From an uncultured beta proteobacterium (GTDB lineage: Bacteria; Pseudomonadota; Gammaproteobacteria; Burkholderiales; SG8-41), in the NCBI GenBank assembly GCA_963699525.1, contig CAVOUI010000007.1, forward strand, positions 183,665-247,664: a stretch of DNA of 64,000 nt. Reading direction: 5' to 3'. Numbering within the stretch: the stretch's first letter is position 1; the number at the start of each line of letters is the position of its first letter. Below are positions 1-8,565 of the stretch, one piece after another. Below the pieces are notes generated by a model. It was not told the origin of the DNA. It worked only from the letters and a program-made list of their open reading frames with translations, and searched no databases. Both the position numbers and the translations under genes were made by a program.

Positions 1-292
1 CCTCCAGCCACGCCATCATCTGCGTGCCGATGCCGCAACGCTGGTGCGAGGGCTTGACCGCGAGCAGCGACAGGTGCGCCGCGGTATCGCCGAAATCCAT
101 GATCGCGAACCCGACGAGGTGCTGCTTGACGTCGGCCGCCAGCACATTGGTGTCGCGCGCGCGGATCGCCTTGGCCACCCGCTCCGGCGGCCAGGTCCAG
201 CCGCGCAGCCCGACCTCGATCAGGTAGCGCGACATCACGGCGATCTCGTAGGCGTCTGCGGGGGTGGCGATTCGGATCTTCGGGGTGGGCAT
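1..292 (-). CDS. GNAT family N-acetyltransferase (C-terminus beyond window edge)
   Basis: Hand translation of the minus strand from ATG 292-290 gives MPTPKIRIATPADAYEIAVMSRYLIEVGLRGWTWPPERVAKAIRARDTNVLAADVKQHLVGFAIMDFGDTAAHLSLLAVKPSHQRCGIGTQMMAWLE. VKPSHQRCGIG fits the GNAT acetyl-CoA motif (Q/R-x-x-G-x-G/A). It is absent from the ORF track because it is open at the window edge. Confidence 0.75.
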   Translation of the reverse strand, partial: MPTPKIRIATPADAYEIAVMSRYLIEVGLRGWTWPPERVAKAIRARDTNVLAADVKQHLVGFAIMDFGDTAAHLSLLAVKPSHQRCGIGTQMMAWLE

Positions 293-317
293 AGACCCAA
301 CTATACCCAAACTGCCC

Positions 318-354
318 CCCCACCTCCATCCTCCCCCGCAAGGGGGAAGGAGGA
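318..354. repeat. GC-rich REP-like imperfect hairpin immediately downstream of msrB
   Basis: CCTCCATCCTCCCCC-GCAA-GGGGGAAGGAGG inverted repeat in the 76-nt gap between msrB and the GNAT gene. It has the same flavour as the elements at 25.45, 58.25 and 59.2 kb and may also act as a terminator. Confidence 0.5.
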
Positions 355-368
355 ACCTCGTTACCGCG

Positions 369-938
369 TCACGCCTTTCCGGTCTTGGGAATGAACTTGA
401 GCGCGACCCCGTTGTTGCACCAGCGCTGGCCCGTGGGCTGCGGACCATCGTCGAAGACGTGGCCGTGGTGGCCGCCGCAGCGCTTGCAGTGGTACTCCGT
501 GCGGGGCACGAACAATATGTAGTCGGTCTTGGTCTCGAACACGCCCGGTATGGTCGTGAAGAAGCTCGGCCAGCCGGTGCCGCTCTCGTACTTCATCGCC
601 GAGGTAAACACCGGCAGGTCGCAGCCGGCGCAGGCGAACACCCCTTCGCGCTTCTCGTTGTTGAGTGGGCTCGTCCCCGCACGCTCGGTGTCCTCCTCGC
701 GCAGCACCTTGTAGGACGCCGGCGCGAGCCGCTTGCGCCATTCCTCTTTGGCGAGCTTCAGCGGCTCGCTCGGCAGCGGCGCCTTGTAGCCCTCGGCCAG
801 GTACGTTTTCCAGTTCTGCTGCATTTCCTGAACGCCTTTCATGTCAGTCGCCTTGGGCTGTGCGGAACCCGCACGCCCCGCCAATGCGCTCCACAATCCC
901 GCCCCCAGCATGCCCTGCAACAAGCCCCTGCGCGTCAT
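369..938 (-). CDS. msrB: peptide-methionine (R)-S-oxide reductase MsrB with twin-arginine signal peptide
   Basis: ORF 369..1034 trimmed to ATG 938, which has a GAGGAG Shine-Dalgarno 5 nt upstream. MsrB/SelR hallmarks are present: zinc CxxC pairs (CAGC, CKRC), GWPSF and catalytic RWCNNG. The N-terminus MTRRGLLQGMLGAGLWSALAGRAGSA looks like a Tat signal. Confidence 0.9.
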   Translation of the reverse strand: MTRRGLLQGMLGAGLWSALAGRAGSAQPKATDMKGVQEMQQNWKTYLAEGYKAPLPSEPLKLAKEEWRKRLAPASYKVLREEDTERAGTSPLNNEKREGVFACAGCDLPVFTSAMKYESGTGWPSFFTTIPGVFETKTDYILFVPRTEYHCKRCGGHHGHVFDDGPQPTGQRWCNNGVALKFIPKTGKA

Positions 939-1052
939 GGTATCTCCTCGATTCGTGCCTGTGACACCGGGAACCGCCATAGATTCCCGAACGCCATCAT
1001 ATACGCAACACCGGCCCCGGTGGATGCGTTTCACGGCGAGGAAAAACGCGCA

Positions 1053-2066
1053 TCAGAATTCCGCCTTGATGCCGGCCTCCTTCACGACCTTGCCCCACTT
1101 GTCCATCTCGGTACGAATCCACTTCCCGAATTCCTCGGGCGTTCGGTTGACGGGTTCCGCGCCCTCGGTAGCAAACCATTTCTGGACATCGGGCGAATTG
1201 AGGATGCCCGCGATATCACCGTGTAGCTGCTTGATGATTGCCGGCGATGTTCCGGCGGGCGCGACGATCCCCCACCAGTTGTTCGCTTCGTAGCCTCGAA
1301 CACCGGCTTCCGCGATGGTCGGAACCTCCGGCAGCGCCGCGCTGCGCTTCGCGCCGCCGACCCCGAGCGCGCGCAGCCTGCCGGTGCGGATGTGAGGCAG
1401 CGTCTGGATAAGCGAGCCGATCGAGACCTGGGACTGGCCGGCCACGACCGAAAGGGTTGCCGGTCCGCCGCCCTTGAACGGCACGTGCAGCATGTTGATG
1501 CCCGCCATGAGCTTGAAGAGCTCGCTGCTCAGGTGCTGGAAGGTGCCGACCCCGGCGGAGGCATAACTGATTTCTCCGGGCCTCGCTTTCGCCAGTGCGA
1601 TCAGCTCCTTTACCGATTTCGCGGGGAGGCTCGGGTGCACCGCCAGCGCGTTCGGGCCGGTTCCCATCAACGCGACAGGGCTGATCGCGTTGAGCGGATC
1701 GTAGGTGAGCTTGTAGAGGGCGGGGTTGTAGGCGTAGGCGACGGAAATCACCAGCAGGGTGTAACCGTCCGGCTGCGACCGGACCGCGGCTTCGGTGCCG
1801 ATGGTGCCGCCCGCACCGCCACGGTTGTCCACCACGACCGTTTTGCCGAGCCGCTCCGTCATATGCGTTCCGATGAGGCGCGCCACGATGTCGTTGCTGC
1901 CGCCCGGCGGGAACGGCACGATCAACCGGATCGGCCGCGTCGGGTACTGCTGCGCGCCGGCGCCCGCCGCGAGCGCGCAGCCAAGAATGAAGGCAGAAGG
2001 AAAAAGGATGACCTTCAGCCAACCCAACCCCGCCTTCTGCCTTCCGACTTCTGACTTATTCCTCAT
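1053..2066 (-). CDS. Bug/TctC family tripartite tricarboxylate transporter substrate-binding protein
   Basis: 337 aa. Signal peptide followed by QQYPTRPIRLIVPFPPGGSNDIVAR, and a C-terminus ...KVVKEAGIKAEF. This pattern is shared by the 14 paralogs in the window. GGAGGG Shine-Dalgarno before ATG 2066. Confidence 0.9.
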   Translation of the reverse strand: MRNKSEVGRQKAGLGWLKVILFPSAFILGCALAAGAGAQQYPTRPIRLIVPFPPGGSNDIVARLIGTHMTERLGKTVVVDNRGGAGGTIGTEAAVRSQPDGYTLLVISVAYAYNPALYKLTYDPLNAISPVALMGTGPNALAVHPSLPAKSVKELIALAKARPGEISYASAGVGTFQHLSSELFKLMAGINMLHVPFKGGGPATLSVVAGQSQVSIGSLIQTLPHIRTGRLRALGVGGAKRSAALPEVPTIAEAGVRGYEANNWWGIVAPAGTSPAIIKQLHGDIAGILNSPDVQKWFATEGAEPVNRTPEEFGKWIRTEMDKWGKVVKEAGIKAEF

Positions 2067-2083
2067 CCCTCATCCCTCCGCCC

Positions 2084-3070
2084 TCATCCCTGCTCCATTT
2101 TGATCCCGGCCGACTTCACGAGCTTGCGGAAGCGCTCCAGCTCGACGCGGATGTGCCGCGCGAAATGCTGCGGCGTGCTCGCTTCCGGCACGAAGCCCTG
2201 TGACGCCAGCCGCTCGCGCAGATCCCCGCCCTTGATCACGGCGGCAACCTCAAGATTGAGCCGCTTGATGATCGCGGGCGGCGTGCCGCGCGGCGATATC
2301 AGTCCGACCCAGGAGGCGCTGTCGAAACCCGGGACTCCCGACTCGGCGATGGGCGCGACCTCCGGCATCGCGGGAGAGCGCTTCGCGGTCGAGATGCCGA
2401 GCGCCCGCAGCTTCCCGGAAAGCACGAGCGGCCGCACCGCCGCCGTCGACGCCAGCATCACGGGCACCTGGCCGCCCATCAGGTCGGTCAGCGCCGGGCC
2501 GGTGCCCTTGTAGGGAACGTGCGTGATGTTGATTCCCGCCATCGACTTGAACAGCTCGAAGGAGAGATGGTTGCTCGTTCCGAAGCCCGGCGAAGCGTAG
2601 TTCAGCTCGCCCGGCTTCGCCTTCGCCAGCACGATAAGCTCCTGCACCGTCTTCGCCGAAAAACCGGGATTCACGACGAGCAGGTAGGGCGAGGACGACA
2701 TCAGCGAAATCGGGTCGTAGTCCTGGATCGGGTCGAATGGAAGTTTTTCGCGCAGGCTCGGAATGACCGCGAGCGTGGTATTCGTCCCGAGCAGCAGTGT
2801 GTAGCCGTCGGCGGGCGCTCGCGCCACGATTTCCGCGGCGATGATGGTCGAGGCGCCGCCGCGATTGTCCACAACCCACTGCTGTCCGAGGCGCTCGCCC
2901 AGGCGCTCGGCGAAGGCGCGCCCGAGGATATCGTTGCCGCCCCCCGGGGGAAACGGGATGACGAAACGCACCGGACGCACCGGATATGTCTCCGCCGCCT
3001 GCGCCGAGAATGTAATTCCGACCGGCAAGCAGCTCAGCGCAAGCAATGCGATGACGCGTCCCAGCGACAA
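2084..3070 (-). CDS. Bug/TctC family substrate-binding protein
   Basis: 328 aa. TTG start at 3070 preceded by GGAGGAGGG. Signal peptide, then ETYPVRPVRFVIPFPPGGGNDILGR; ends ...KSAGIKMEQG. Confidence 0.9.
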   Translation of the reverse strand: MSLGRVIALLALSCLPVGITFSAQAAETYPVRPVRFVIPFPPGGGNDILGRAFAERLGERLGQQWVVDNRGGASTIIAAEIVARAPADGYTLLLGTNTTLAVIPSLREKLPFDPIQDYDPISLMSSSPYLLVVNPGFSAKTVQELIVLAKAKPGELNYASPGFGTSNHLSFELFKSMAGINITHVPYKGTGPALTDLMGGQVPVMLASTAAVRPLVLSGKLRALGISTAKRSPAMPEVAPIAESGVPGFDSASWVGLISPRGTPPAIIKRLNLEVAAVIKGGDLRERLASQGFVPEASTPQHFARHIRVELERFRKLVKSAGIKMEQG

Positions 3071-3094
3071 GGGTCCCTCCTCCGCTTTTGCATC

Positions 3095-3469
3095 TTACTG
3101 CGCAGGGTCGCGCCTGAAAAGAAAGTCGGACAGCTGCCGGCACATCCGCGCGAGGACCGGGAGCAGCACGAACCATTGCAGGTAGCCGAGCGCCGTCAAA
3201 ACTCCCCAGAGATAGAGTCCCTGCGACAGTATGCTGGGCACGAAATTGAACTGGAGATAGAGTTCGAGCCGGATCTCGATGCCCGCCATTACGCCGAGGT
3301 GCCCGAGCGGGAAGCTCAGCCAGTAGAGCGGCGTGAGATAAGCGAGCGCCGAGCGGTCGCTGCCCAGGATGTCGGGCCGGAGCAGCGTGATCGTGAGCAG
3401 CACGACGGATGCCAGCAGCCATACGGTTGCGACCAGCCGCAGGACGGGATGCCGCGGGATGAGCGTCAT
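3095..3469 (-). CDS. small integral membrane protein, function unknown
   Basis: 124 aa with about 4 hydrophobic helices (e.g. LRLVATVWLLASVVLLTITLL and YLQWFVLLPVLA). Its start overlaps the stop of the upstream MetE-like gene by 4 nt. Confidence 0.6.
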   Translation of the reverse strand: MTLIPRHPVLRLVATVWLLASVVLLTITLLRPDILGSDRSALAYLTPLYWLSFPLGHLGVMAGIEIRLELYLQFNFVPSILSQGLYLWGVLTALGYLQWFVLLPVLARMCRQLSDFLFRRDPAQ

Positions 3470-4506
3470 CGCGAATCGTGCCGGGCACCGAATTCCGCGC
3501 GCAGAATCCTGGCCGCTTCGACCATCGCGCGCATCTTGCCGAACGCGATGTCCCGCGGCAGGTACTTCATGCCGCAGTCGGGTGCGACGATCACGTCTTC
3601 GGGCCTGACGTAGGGCAGCGCGCGCTTGATGCGCGCCACGACTTCGCCGGGCGTCTCGATCTTCATGTCATTCAGGTTGATGGAGCCGACCATGACCTGC
3701 TTGCCGGGGAGCTTCGCCAGCACCGAGCAATCGAGCCCGGACTGCGCGGTCTCGATCGAAACCTGCTTGCAGCCGCAGCCCGCCAGCTCGGGCAGGAACG
3801 AATAGCCGGAAGGCCGCTGGTGGATGATCGCGGCGTAGCCGAAGCAGATGTGAACGGCCGTGGTGCCCTGGATGCCGTCGAGCGCGCGGTTCAGCGCCTT
3901 CAGGCCGTACTCGCGCGCCTGCTCGGGGCGCGCCTGCATGTAGGGCTCGTCGACCTGGACGATGTCGGCACCGGCCGCGAAGAGATCGCGGATCTCCTCG
4001 TTGACGGCGGCCGCGTAGTCCATCGCCGCCGCCTCGTCCGTCTTGTAGTAGTCGTTCTGCGCCTGGCGCGACATCGTGAACGGCCCCGGGACGGTCATCT
4101 TCACCATGCGGCGGGTGTGACGCTTGAGGAATTTCAGGTCTTCGACCTCGACCGGGTGCTTCCTGCGGATTCGTCCGACAATGCGCGGCACGGGGTTGGG
4201 ATGGCCCGAGCGGTCGAGCGCCGAGCCCGGATTGTCGAGGTCGATCCCCTCGAGCGCAGTGGCGAAGCGGTTCGAGTAGGACTCCCGCCGGATCTCGCCG
4301 TCCGTGATGATGTCGAGCCCGGCTTCCTCCTGCGCCCGGATCGCGAGGATCGTGGCGTCGTCCTGCGCCTCGGCGAGGTGCGGCTCCGGGATCCGCCACA
4401 GCTCCTTCGCCCGAACCCGCGGCGGAAACCGCCCGGCGAGCTTCGCGCGGTCGATCAGCCACTCCGGCTGCGGGTAGCTGCCGACGAGCGTCGTCGGAAA
4501 CAACAT
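3466..4506 (-). CDS. cobalamin-independent methionine synthase (MetE C-terminal domain)-like methyltransferase family protein
   Basis: 346 aa. N-terminus MLFPTTLVGSYPQPEWL and overall layout match the stand-alone MetE catalytic-domain family (COG0620-like). The ATG directly abuts the stop of the GlcG-like gene. Confidence 0.8.
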   Translation of the reverse strand: MLFPTTLVGSYPQPEWLIDRAKLAGRFPPRVRAKELWRIPEPHLAEAQDDATILAIRAQEEAGLDIITDGEIRRESYSNRFATALEGIDLDNPGSALDRSGHPNPVPRIVGRIRRKHPVEVEDLKFLKRHTRRMVKMTVPGPFTMSRQAQNDYYKTDEAAAMDYAAAVNEEIRDLFAAGADIVQVDEPYMQARPEQAREYGLKALNRALDGIQGTTAVHICFGYAAIIHQRPSGYSFLPELAGCGCKQVSIETAQSGLDCSVLAKLPGKQVMVGSINLNDMKIETPGEVVARIKRALPYVRPEDVIVAPDCGMKYLPRDIAFGKMRAMVEAARILRAEFGARHDSR

Positions 4507-5013
4507 CTAGAATTCCAGGCTGTCGCGGATTGCGGCGATGCCGACGGTGGCACATACGTCGTCGAGTTCGCCGCGCGGTGCGCCGGACACTCCGATGCCG
4601 CCGACGAGCGCTCCGCCGGCCTCGATCGGGAGCCCGCCGGCCACCGCGGCGACGCGCGGGCGATTGCGGATGCCGCTCTGGGGCATTCCGGGCCGCGTCG
4701 CCTTCTCGATCTCACCCGTGGGCGTGCGAAAGGTGGCTGCCGTCCATGCCTTGTCCACTGCCATGTCCACGGTGTGCGGACCGGCGAAACGGTCGCGCAG
4801 CACGACCTGCGTCACGCCGCTGCGGTCGACCACTGCCACCGTGACCTGGAAGCCGTCATCGCGGCATTTCTTGAGCGCGGCCTGCGCCGCCTTGAGTGCC
4901 GTCTCCGGTGTCATGACTTTCACCGAGTAGACAGCGTCCTGCCCGAGCGCGGCACTGAACGCGGTCAAAGCCAGCAAGCCCAGGCTGGCCGCTGCGTGCT
5001 GGCGCGTGTGCAC
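4507..5013 (-). CDS. GlcG/HbpS-like (DUF336) haem-binding family protein, secreted
   Basis: 168 aa with a GTG start. Signal-like AASLGLLALTAFSAALG, then a DUF336 pattern (AVVDRSG..., GGLPI..., GGIGVSGAP). Confidence 0.75.
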   Translation of the reverse strand: MHTRQHAAASLGLLALTAFSAALGQDAVYSVKVMTPETALKAAQAALKKCRDDGFQVTVAVVDRSGVTQVVLRDRFAGPHTVDMAVDKAWTAATFRTPTGEIEKATRPGMPQSGIRNRPRVAAVAGGLPIEAGGALVGGIGVSGAPRGELDDVCATVGIAAIRDSLEF

Positions 5014-5198
5014 GGCGCGATTTCTTCATGAATTCAGGCATCACCGGACCTCCGCAAAGCGTTTATTTTCGCCCGGTTTTCGGCGCCGGGGACGGATTTT
5101 CACGTTCCACATTTTGAACTCCGAGAGCTCAAGGAATATACTGCCGCTCAAACCAAGAAATGCTGCCGACGCAGGGCAGACCACGAGGAGGAGGTGAA

Positions 5199-6185
5199 AT
5201 GAAGCCACACAATCGGGCGTTACTCGTCCTGCTGGGATCGTTCGCGTGCATGCTATTGGCGCCGCAGCTCGCGGCGCAGCAGCCGGCAAACGATTTCCCG
5301 AACAAGCCGATCCGCTGGATCATCCCGTTCCCGCCCGGGGGAAGCAACGACGTGCTGGGCCGCTACCTCGGGGTGAAGCTCACCGAGCGCATCGGACAGC
5401 AGGTGGTCATCGACAACCGGGGCGGCGCGAACGGCATCATCGGCGCGGAACTCGCGGCCAACGCGCCCGCGGACGGCTACACGCTGCTCATGGTGTCCAC
5501 GTCCTGGGTCATGAATGCCGCAGTCAGGAGCCTGCCCTACGACGTCGAGAAGTCGTTCGACCCGATCACGACGATCGGTTCCTCGCCGAATTCGCTGGTG
5601 GTGAGCCCGAGCGGGCCGTTCCGGACGCTCAAGGATCTCGTGGACGCGGCGAAGGCCAAGCCAGGATCCATTCAATACGCGCATACCGGCGTGGGCGGCT
5701 TCAATCATTTCGGCGGCGAACTGTTCAAGAAGATCGCGGGCATCGACATGACGCCGGTTCCCTACAAGGGCGGCGGCCCCGCGATGATCGACGTGATCGC
5801 CGGCAACGTGCCGGTCATGTTCAGCTCGGTGACCCAGACGCTGGGACACGTGCGCGCCGGACGTCTGAAGCTCCTGGCCGTCGGCGCGGCGAAGCGCAGC
5901 CCCGCGGTGCCCGACGTTCCGACCGTGGCCGAAGCCGGATATCCCGGCTACGAAGTCTATGTGTGGTGGGGAATCGCCGCGCCGCACGGCGTTCCGACCG
6001 CGGTCATGGACAAGCTGCGGCGCGAGTTCGTCGCCGTCCTGCAGCAGCCGGAAACGCGCAAGCACCTGGCGACGGACGCCGCCGAGCCGCTGTCGCTCAG
6101 TCCCGCGGAGTTCCGCAAGATGGTGCGCGACGAGGTCAGCACCTGGCGCGGCGTCGCGCAGACGGCGGGCATCAATCTCAGGTAA
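5199..6185 (+). CDS. Bug/TctC family substrate-binding protein
   Basis: ORF 5160..6185 trimmed to ATG 5199 (GAGGAGGAGG Shine-Dalgarno). MKPHNRALLVLLGSFACMLLAPQLAAQQ followed by FPNKPIRWIIPFPPGGSNDVLGR. Confidence 0.9.
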   Translation: MKPHNRALLVLLGSFACMLLAPQLAAQQPANDFPNKPIRWIIPFPPGGSNDVLGRYLGVKLTERIGQQVVIDNRGGANGIIGAELAANAPADGYTLLMVSTSWVMNAAVRSLPYDVEKSFDPITTIGSSPNSLVVSPSGPFRTLKDLVDAAKAKPGSIQYAHTGVGGFNHFGGELFKKIAGIDMTPVPYKGGGPAMIDVIAGNVPVMFSSVTQTLGHVRAGRLKLLAVGAAKRSPAVPDVPTVAEAGYPGYEVYVWWGIAAPHGVPTAVMDKLRREFVAVLQQPETRKHLATDAAEPLSLSPAEFRKMVRDEVSTWRGVAQTAGINLR

Positions 6186-6972
6186 CGGGGAAGTGGCGGT
6201 CGAGGAAGCCGAGGAAGTGGCGGTTGAATTCCGCCGGGTTCTCCGCCCACGGATAGTGCCCTGAGCCCGGAACGACGCCGAACTCGCAGCCCTTGATCAT
6301 CGCAGCCACGCGCTTCATCCCGGCGGGATGGCCGACCTGGTCCACCTCTCCTGCCACCAGGAGCGTCGGCACGGATATCGCGCGGAAACCTGACACGGCG
6401 TCGGCCTCCGGGTAGCTCTGCACGGCCTTCACCGCCGCCTTCACCGTCTCCGGCGGCGTGTGCGACGCCCAATGACGGACGAGATCGACCTCGGGTCCAC
6501 GCGAGGTCGGACCCAGCATTGAATCCACCACCATCCTATGGGCGGTCACCGGGTCGGTGCCGGGCGGCGGCGGAGCCGTACGCTTGCGCACGAACTCCTC
6601 CTGCTCCTCCTTCGTGCGGTTGGCGAAATAGCCGATCGTCGAGGAAATGACGATGCCGTGAACACGGTCCGGCACCTTCAGCCGGATGCGCGGCGTGATC
6701 TGCCCGCCCATGCTGTGGCCGTGAAAGACGTTGCGCTCGGTGCCGAGAGCCTTGATCAAAGCCGCGCCGGCTTCGGCCACGACGTCGAAGGAGAACGGGT
6801 CCGGCAACCGCGATAGCCCGTAGCCCGGCGCGTCCCACGCGACGACCCGGTATCCCCGCGCAACCAGCCGCTCGGTCTGATAACGCCAGTACTCCTTCGA
6901 GCCGTAGATTCCGTGCAGCAGAAAAACGGTCACCTTTCCCTCGCCGGTGACCGTGTAGTCCGGCAGCCTCAT
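6178..6972 (-). CDS. alpha/beta hydrolase
   Basis: GHSMGG nucleophile elbow, HG oxyanion motif (FLLHGIYGS) and C-terminal GSGHYPW. ATG 6972 has an AGGGAG Shine-Dalgarno at good spacing; GTG 6978 is the alternative. It overlaps the converging Bug gene by 8 nt. Confidence 0.85.
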   Translation of the reverse strand: MRLPDYTVTGEGKVTVFLLHGIYGSKEYWRYQTERLVARGYRVVAWDAPGYGLSRLPDPFSFDVVAEAGAALIKALGTERNVFHGHSMGGQITPRIRLKVPDRVHGIVISSTIGYFANRTKEEQEEFVRKRTAPPPPGTDPVTAHRMVVDSMLGPTSRGPEVDLVRHWASHTPPETVKAAVKAVQSYPEADAVSGFRAISVPTLLVAGEVDQVGHPAGMKRVAAMIKGCEFGVVPGSGHYPWAENPAEFNRHFLGFLDRHFPVT

Positions 6973-7047
6973 GTTCACTCCCTTTTTCCTGCCTGCCCGG
7001 TGATGCAGATGCCCAGTGAAGCAGTCACGCGGTGACGAATGGAATCG

Positions 7048-7893
7048 CTAACGCCCCGACGAAGTTCCCACGCTGATCCCTCCTCCTATCTGGACCGTCG
7101 GCTGCGAGGGCGCGACCGAAACTCCGCGCACGCCGTGCCGTTCGATCGACTTCGCAACTTCGCCTGATACTTTCATCTCCTCGATGAATTGGCGCAGGTA
7201 CTCCGCGCCTGCACTGCGGCCCTTGGGAACGCCAGCCGAGTACTGAATCACCGTGTAGCGGCCATCGAGCACGCGCGATCCGGGCAGCTTTTCGGCCTCC
7301 GCGATGAGGATCGGCTTCAAACTGGCGAGAGCCTCCAGCTTGTCGGCGACGAAAACCTTGAAGGTGGCTGCGGTACCTCCCGGCACTCGCACCAGCTGCG
7401 CATGCTTGAGCGCCCGGGTGAGGAACAGGTCGTTTCCACCCTTCGCGGAGACGGCTACGCGCACACCCGCGCGGTCCACGTCCTCGACGGTGCGCAACTT
7501 CGAGCCCGGGGGCACCAGGTAAGTGGAGTCGATCTCGGCGAATGCGGCCGCGAAGTTGATCTCGGCCTCGCGCGCCTGCTCGTACGCGAGAAACGCAAGG
7601 TCCCAGCCCCCGGCCTTCACGTCCGCCGTCAGCTGGCCTGCGGATGCGTACCCGACCAGCTCGACCGGAATTCCCGTCCGCCGGCCGAGCTCACGCGCCA
7701 GATCGACCGCGATCCCGCTGAGTTCGCCCGTATTCGGGTTCCTCTTGGCGAACAACGGATTGCCGTAGTTGATCCCCACGCGCAGCTTGCCCGTCGGCGC
7801 GAGATCCGACCGCACGGCGGGCGTCACCTGAGAAGTCGTCGCACACGATGCGAGCAGAATCAGGCATGCGAACCCCATCATGAGCCTGCTCAT
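7048..7893 (-). CDS. ABC-transporter-type (family 3, polar amino acid-like) substrate-binding lipoprotein, orphan
   Basis: 281 aa. Lipobox LLASC. The pattern LRVGINYGNPLFA...GELSGIAVDLAREL is typical of PBPb/SBP_bac_3 proteins. No permease or ATPase gene is adjacent. Confidence 0.8.
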   Translation of the reverse strand: MSRLMMGFACLILLASCATTSQVTPAVRSDLAPTGKLRVGINYGNPLFAKRNPNTGELSGIAVDLARELGRRTGIPVELVGYASAGQLTADVKAGGWDLAFLAYEQAREAEINFAAAFAEIDSTYLVPPGSKLRTVEDVDRAGVRVAVSAKGGNDLFLTRALKHAQLVRVPGGTAATFKVFVADKLEALASLKPILIAEAEKLPGSRVLDGRYTVIQYSAGVPKGRSAGAEYLRQFIEEMKVSGEVAKSIERHGVRGVSVAPSQPTVQIGGGISVGTSSGR

Positions 7894-7952
7894 GGCCCCT
7901 CCCGATCGAATAATCCGACGGGTGACTGGAAAAAGGAACCCGGCCCGGATCC

Positions 7953-8387
7953 CTAGGCGAGGACGTCCGTCGTCTGCTCCTGGCGCAGCATCTCGAAGAC
8001 GAACTCTTTGAGCTCGGGTCCGAGCGCGTCACGGGCGGACACCAGCCCGACCGGCCGGCCTTGCTCCACTACGGGCACGTTCCGAAAGCCGCCCTCGTAC
8101 ATCATCTGGAGCGCAACCGAGAATGGACTGTCCGCCTGCACCGTCCGGGGGTTCGGGGTCATGACGGCGCCGAGATCGGTCGTGCCCGCGTCGCGCCCTT
8201 CGGCGATCACCCGGAACAGCGCATCGCGCTCGGTGAATACGCCGATCAGCTTGTCGCCCTCCACGACCATGATGGCCCCGACGTTGTGCTGCTTCATCAG
8301 GCGCGCCGCTTCGCGGACCGGCATGTCCTTCCGCGCCGTGACGAGCTCCTGTCCCTCGATAATGGTTCTGATGGTTCGTGACGACAT
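7953..8387 (-). CDS. CBS domain-containing protein
   Basis: ORF 7953..8450 trimmed to ATG 8387 (GGAGGT Shine-Dalgarno). Tandem CBS pattern (VGAIMVVEGDKLIGVFTERD; FRNVPVVEQGRPVGLVSARD). A strong promoter-like site lies inside the longer ORF version. Confidence 0.85.
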   Translation of the reverse strand: MSSRTIRTIIEGQELVTARKDMPVREAARLMKQHNVGAIMVVEGDKLIGVFTERDALFRVIAEGRDAGTTDLGAVMTPNPRTVQADSPFSVALQMMYEGGFRNVPVVEQGRPVGLVSARDALGPELKEFVFEMLRQEQTTDVLA

Positions 8388-8421
8388 ATCGAACCTCCAT
8401 GGCCGCATGGGGTGCGAAGCG

Positions 8422-8450
8422 ATGCTACGCCCGCCGGCTGGACGGGTCAA
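8422..8450 (-). promoter_or_regulatory. sigma70-like promoter candidate for the CBS gene
   Basis: On the minus strand: TTGACC, a 17-nt spacer, then TAGCAT, about 35 nt upstream of ATG 8387. Confidence 0.4.
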
Positions 8451-8565
8451 TCAACGACCGCCGGTCCGCCCCATCGTCCTGCGACCCTTGGTCCGCGGTC
8501 GATTTTATCCTCTCGCCATCCAGAAGCTCGTGCAGCCTGCGCAGAGCCTCGTTGACAGGGCAAGA

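Noticed and set aside
2060-2096. Threefold GGGATGAG micro-repeat (minus strand) between two Bug genes.
   Set aside because: It is only about 35 nt long. It coincides with the stop of one gene, a purine-rich Shine-Dalgarno and the ATG of the next. It is most simply a by-product of stop, Shine-Dalgarno and start signals rather than a repeat array.
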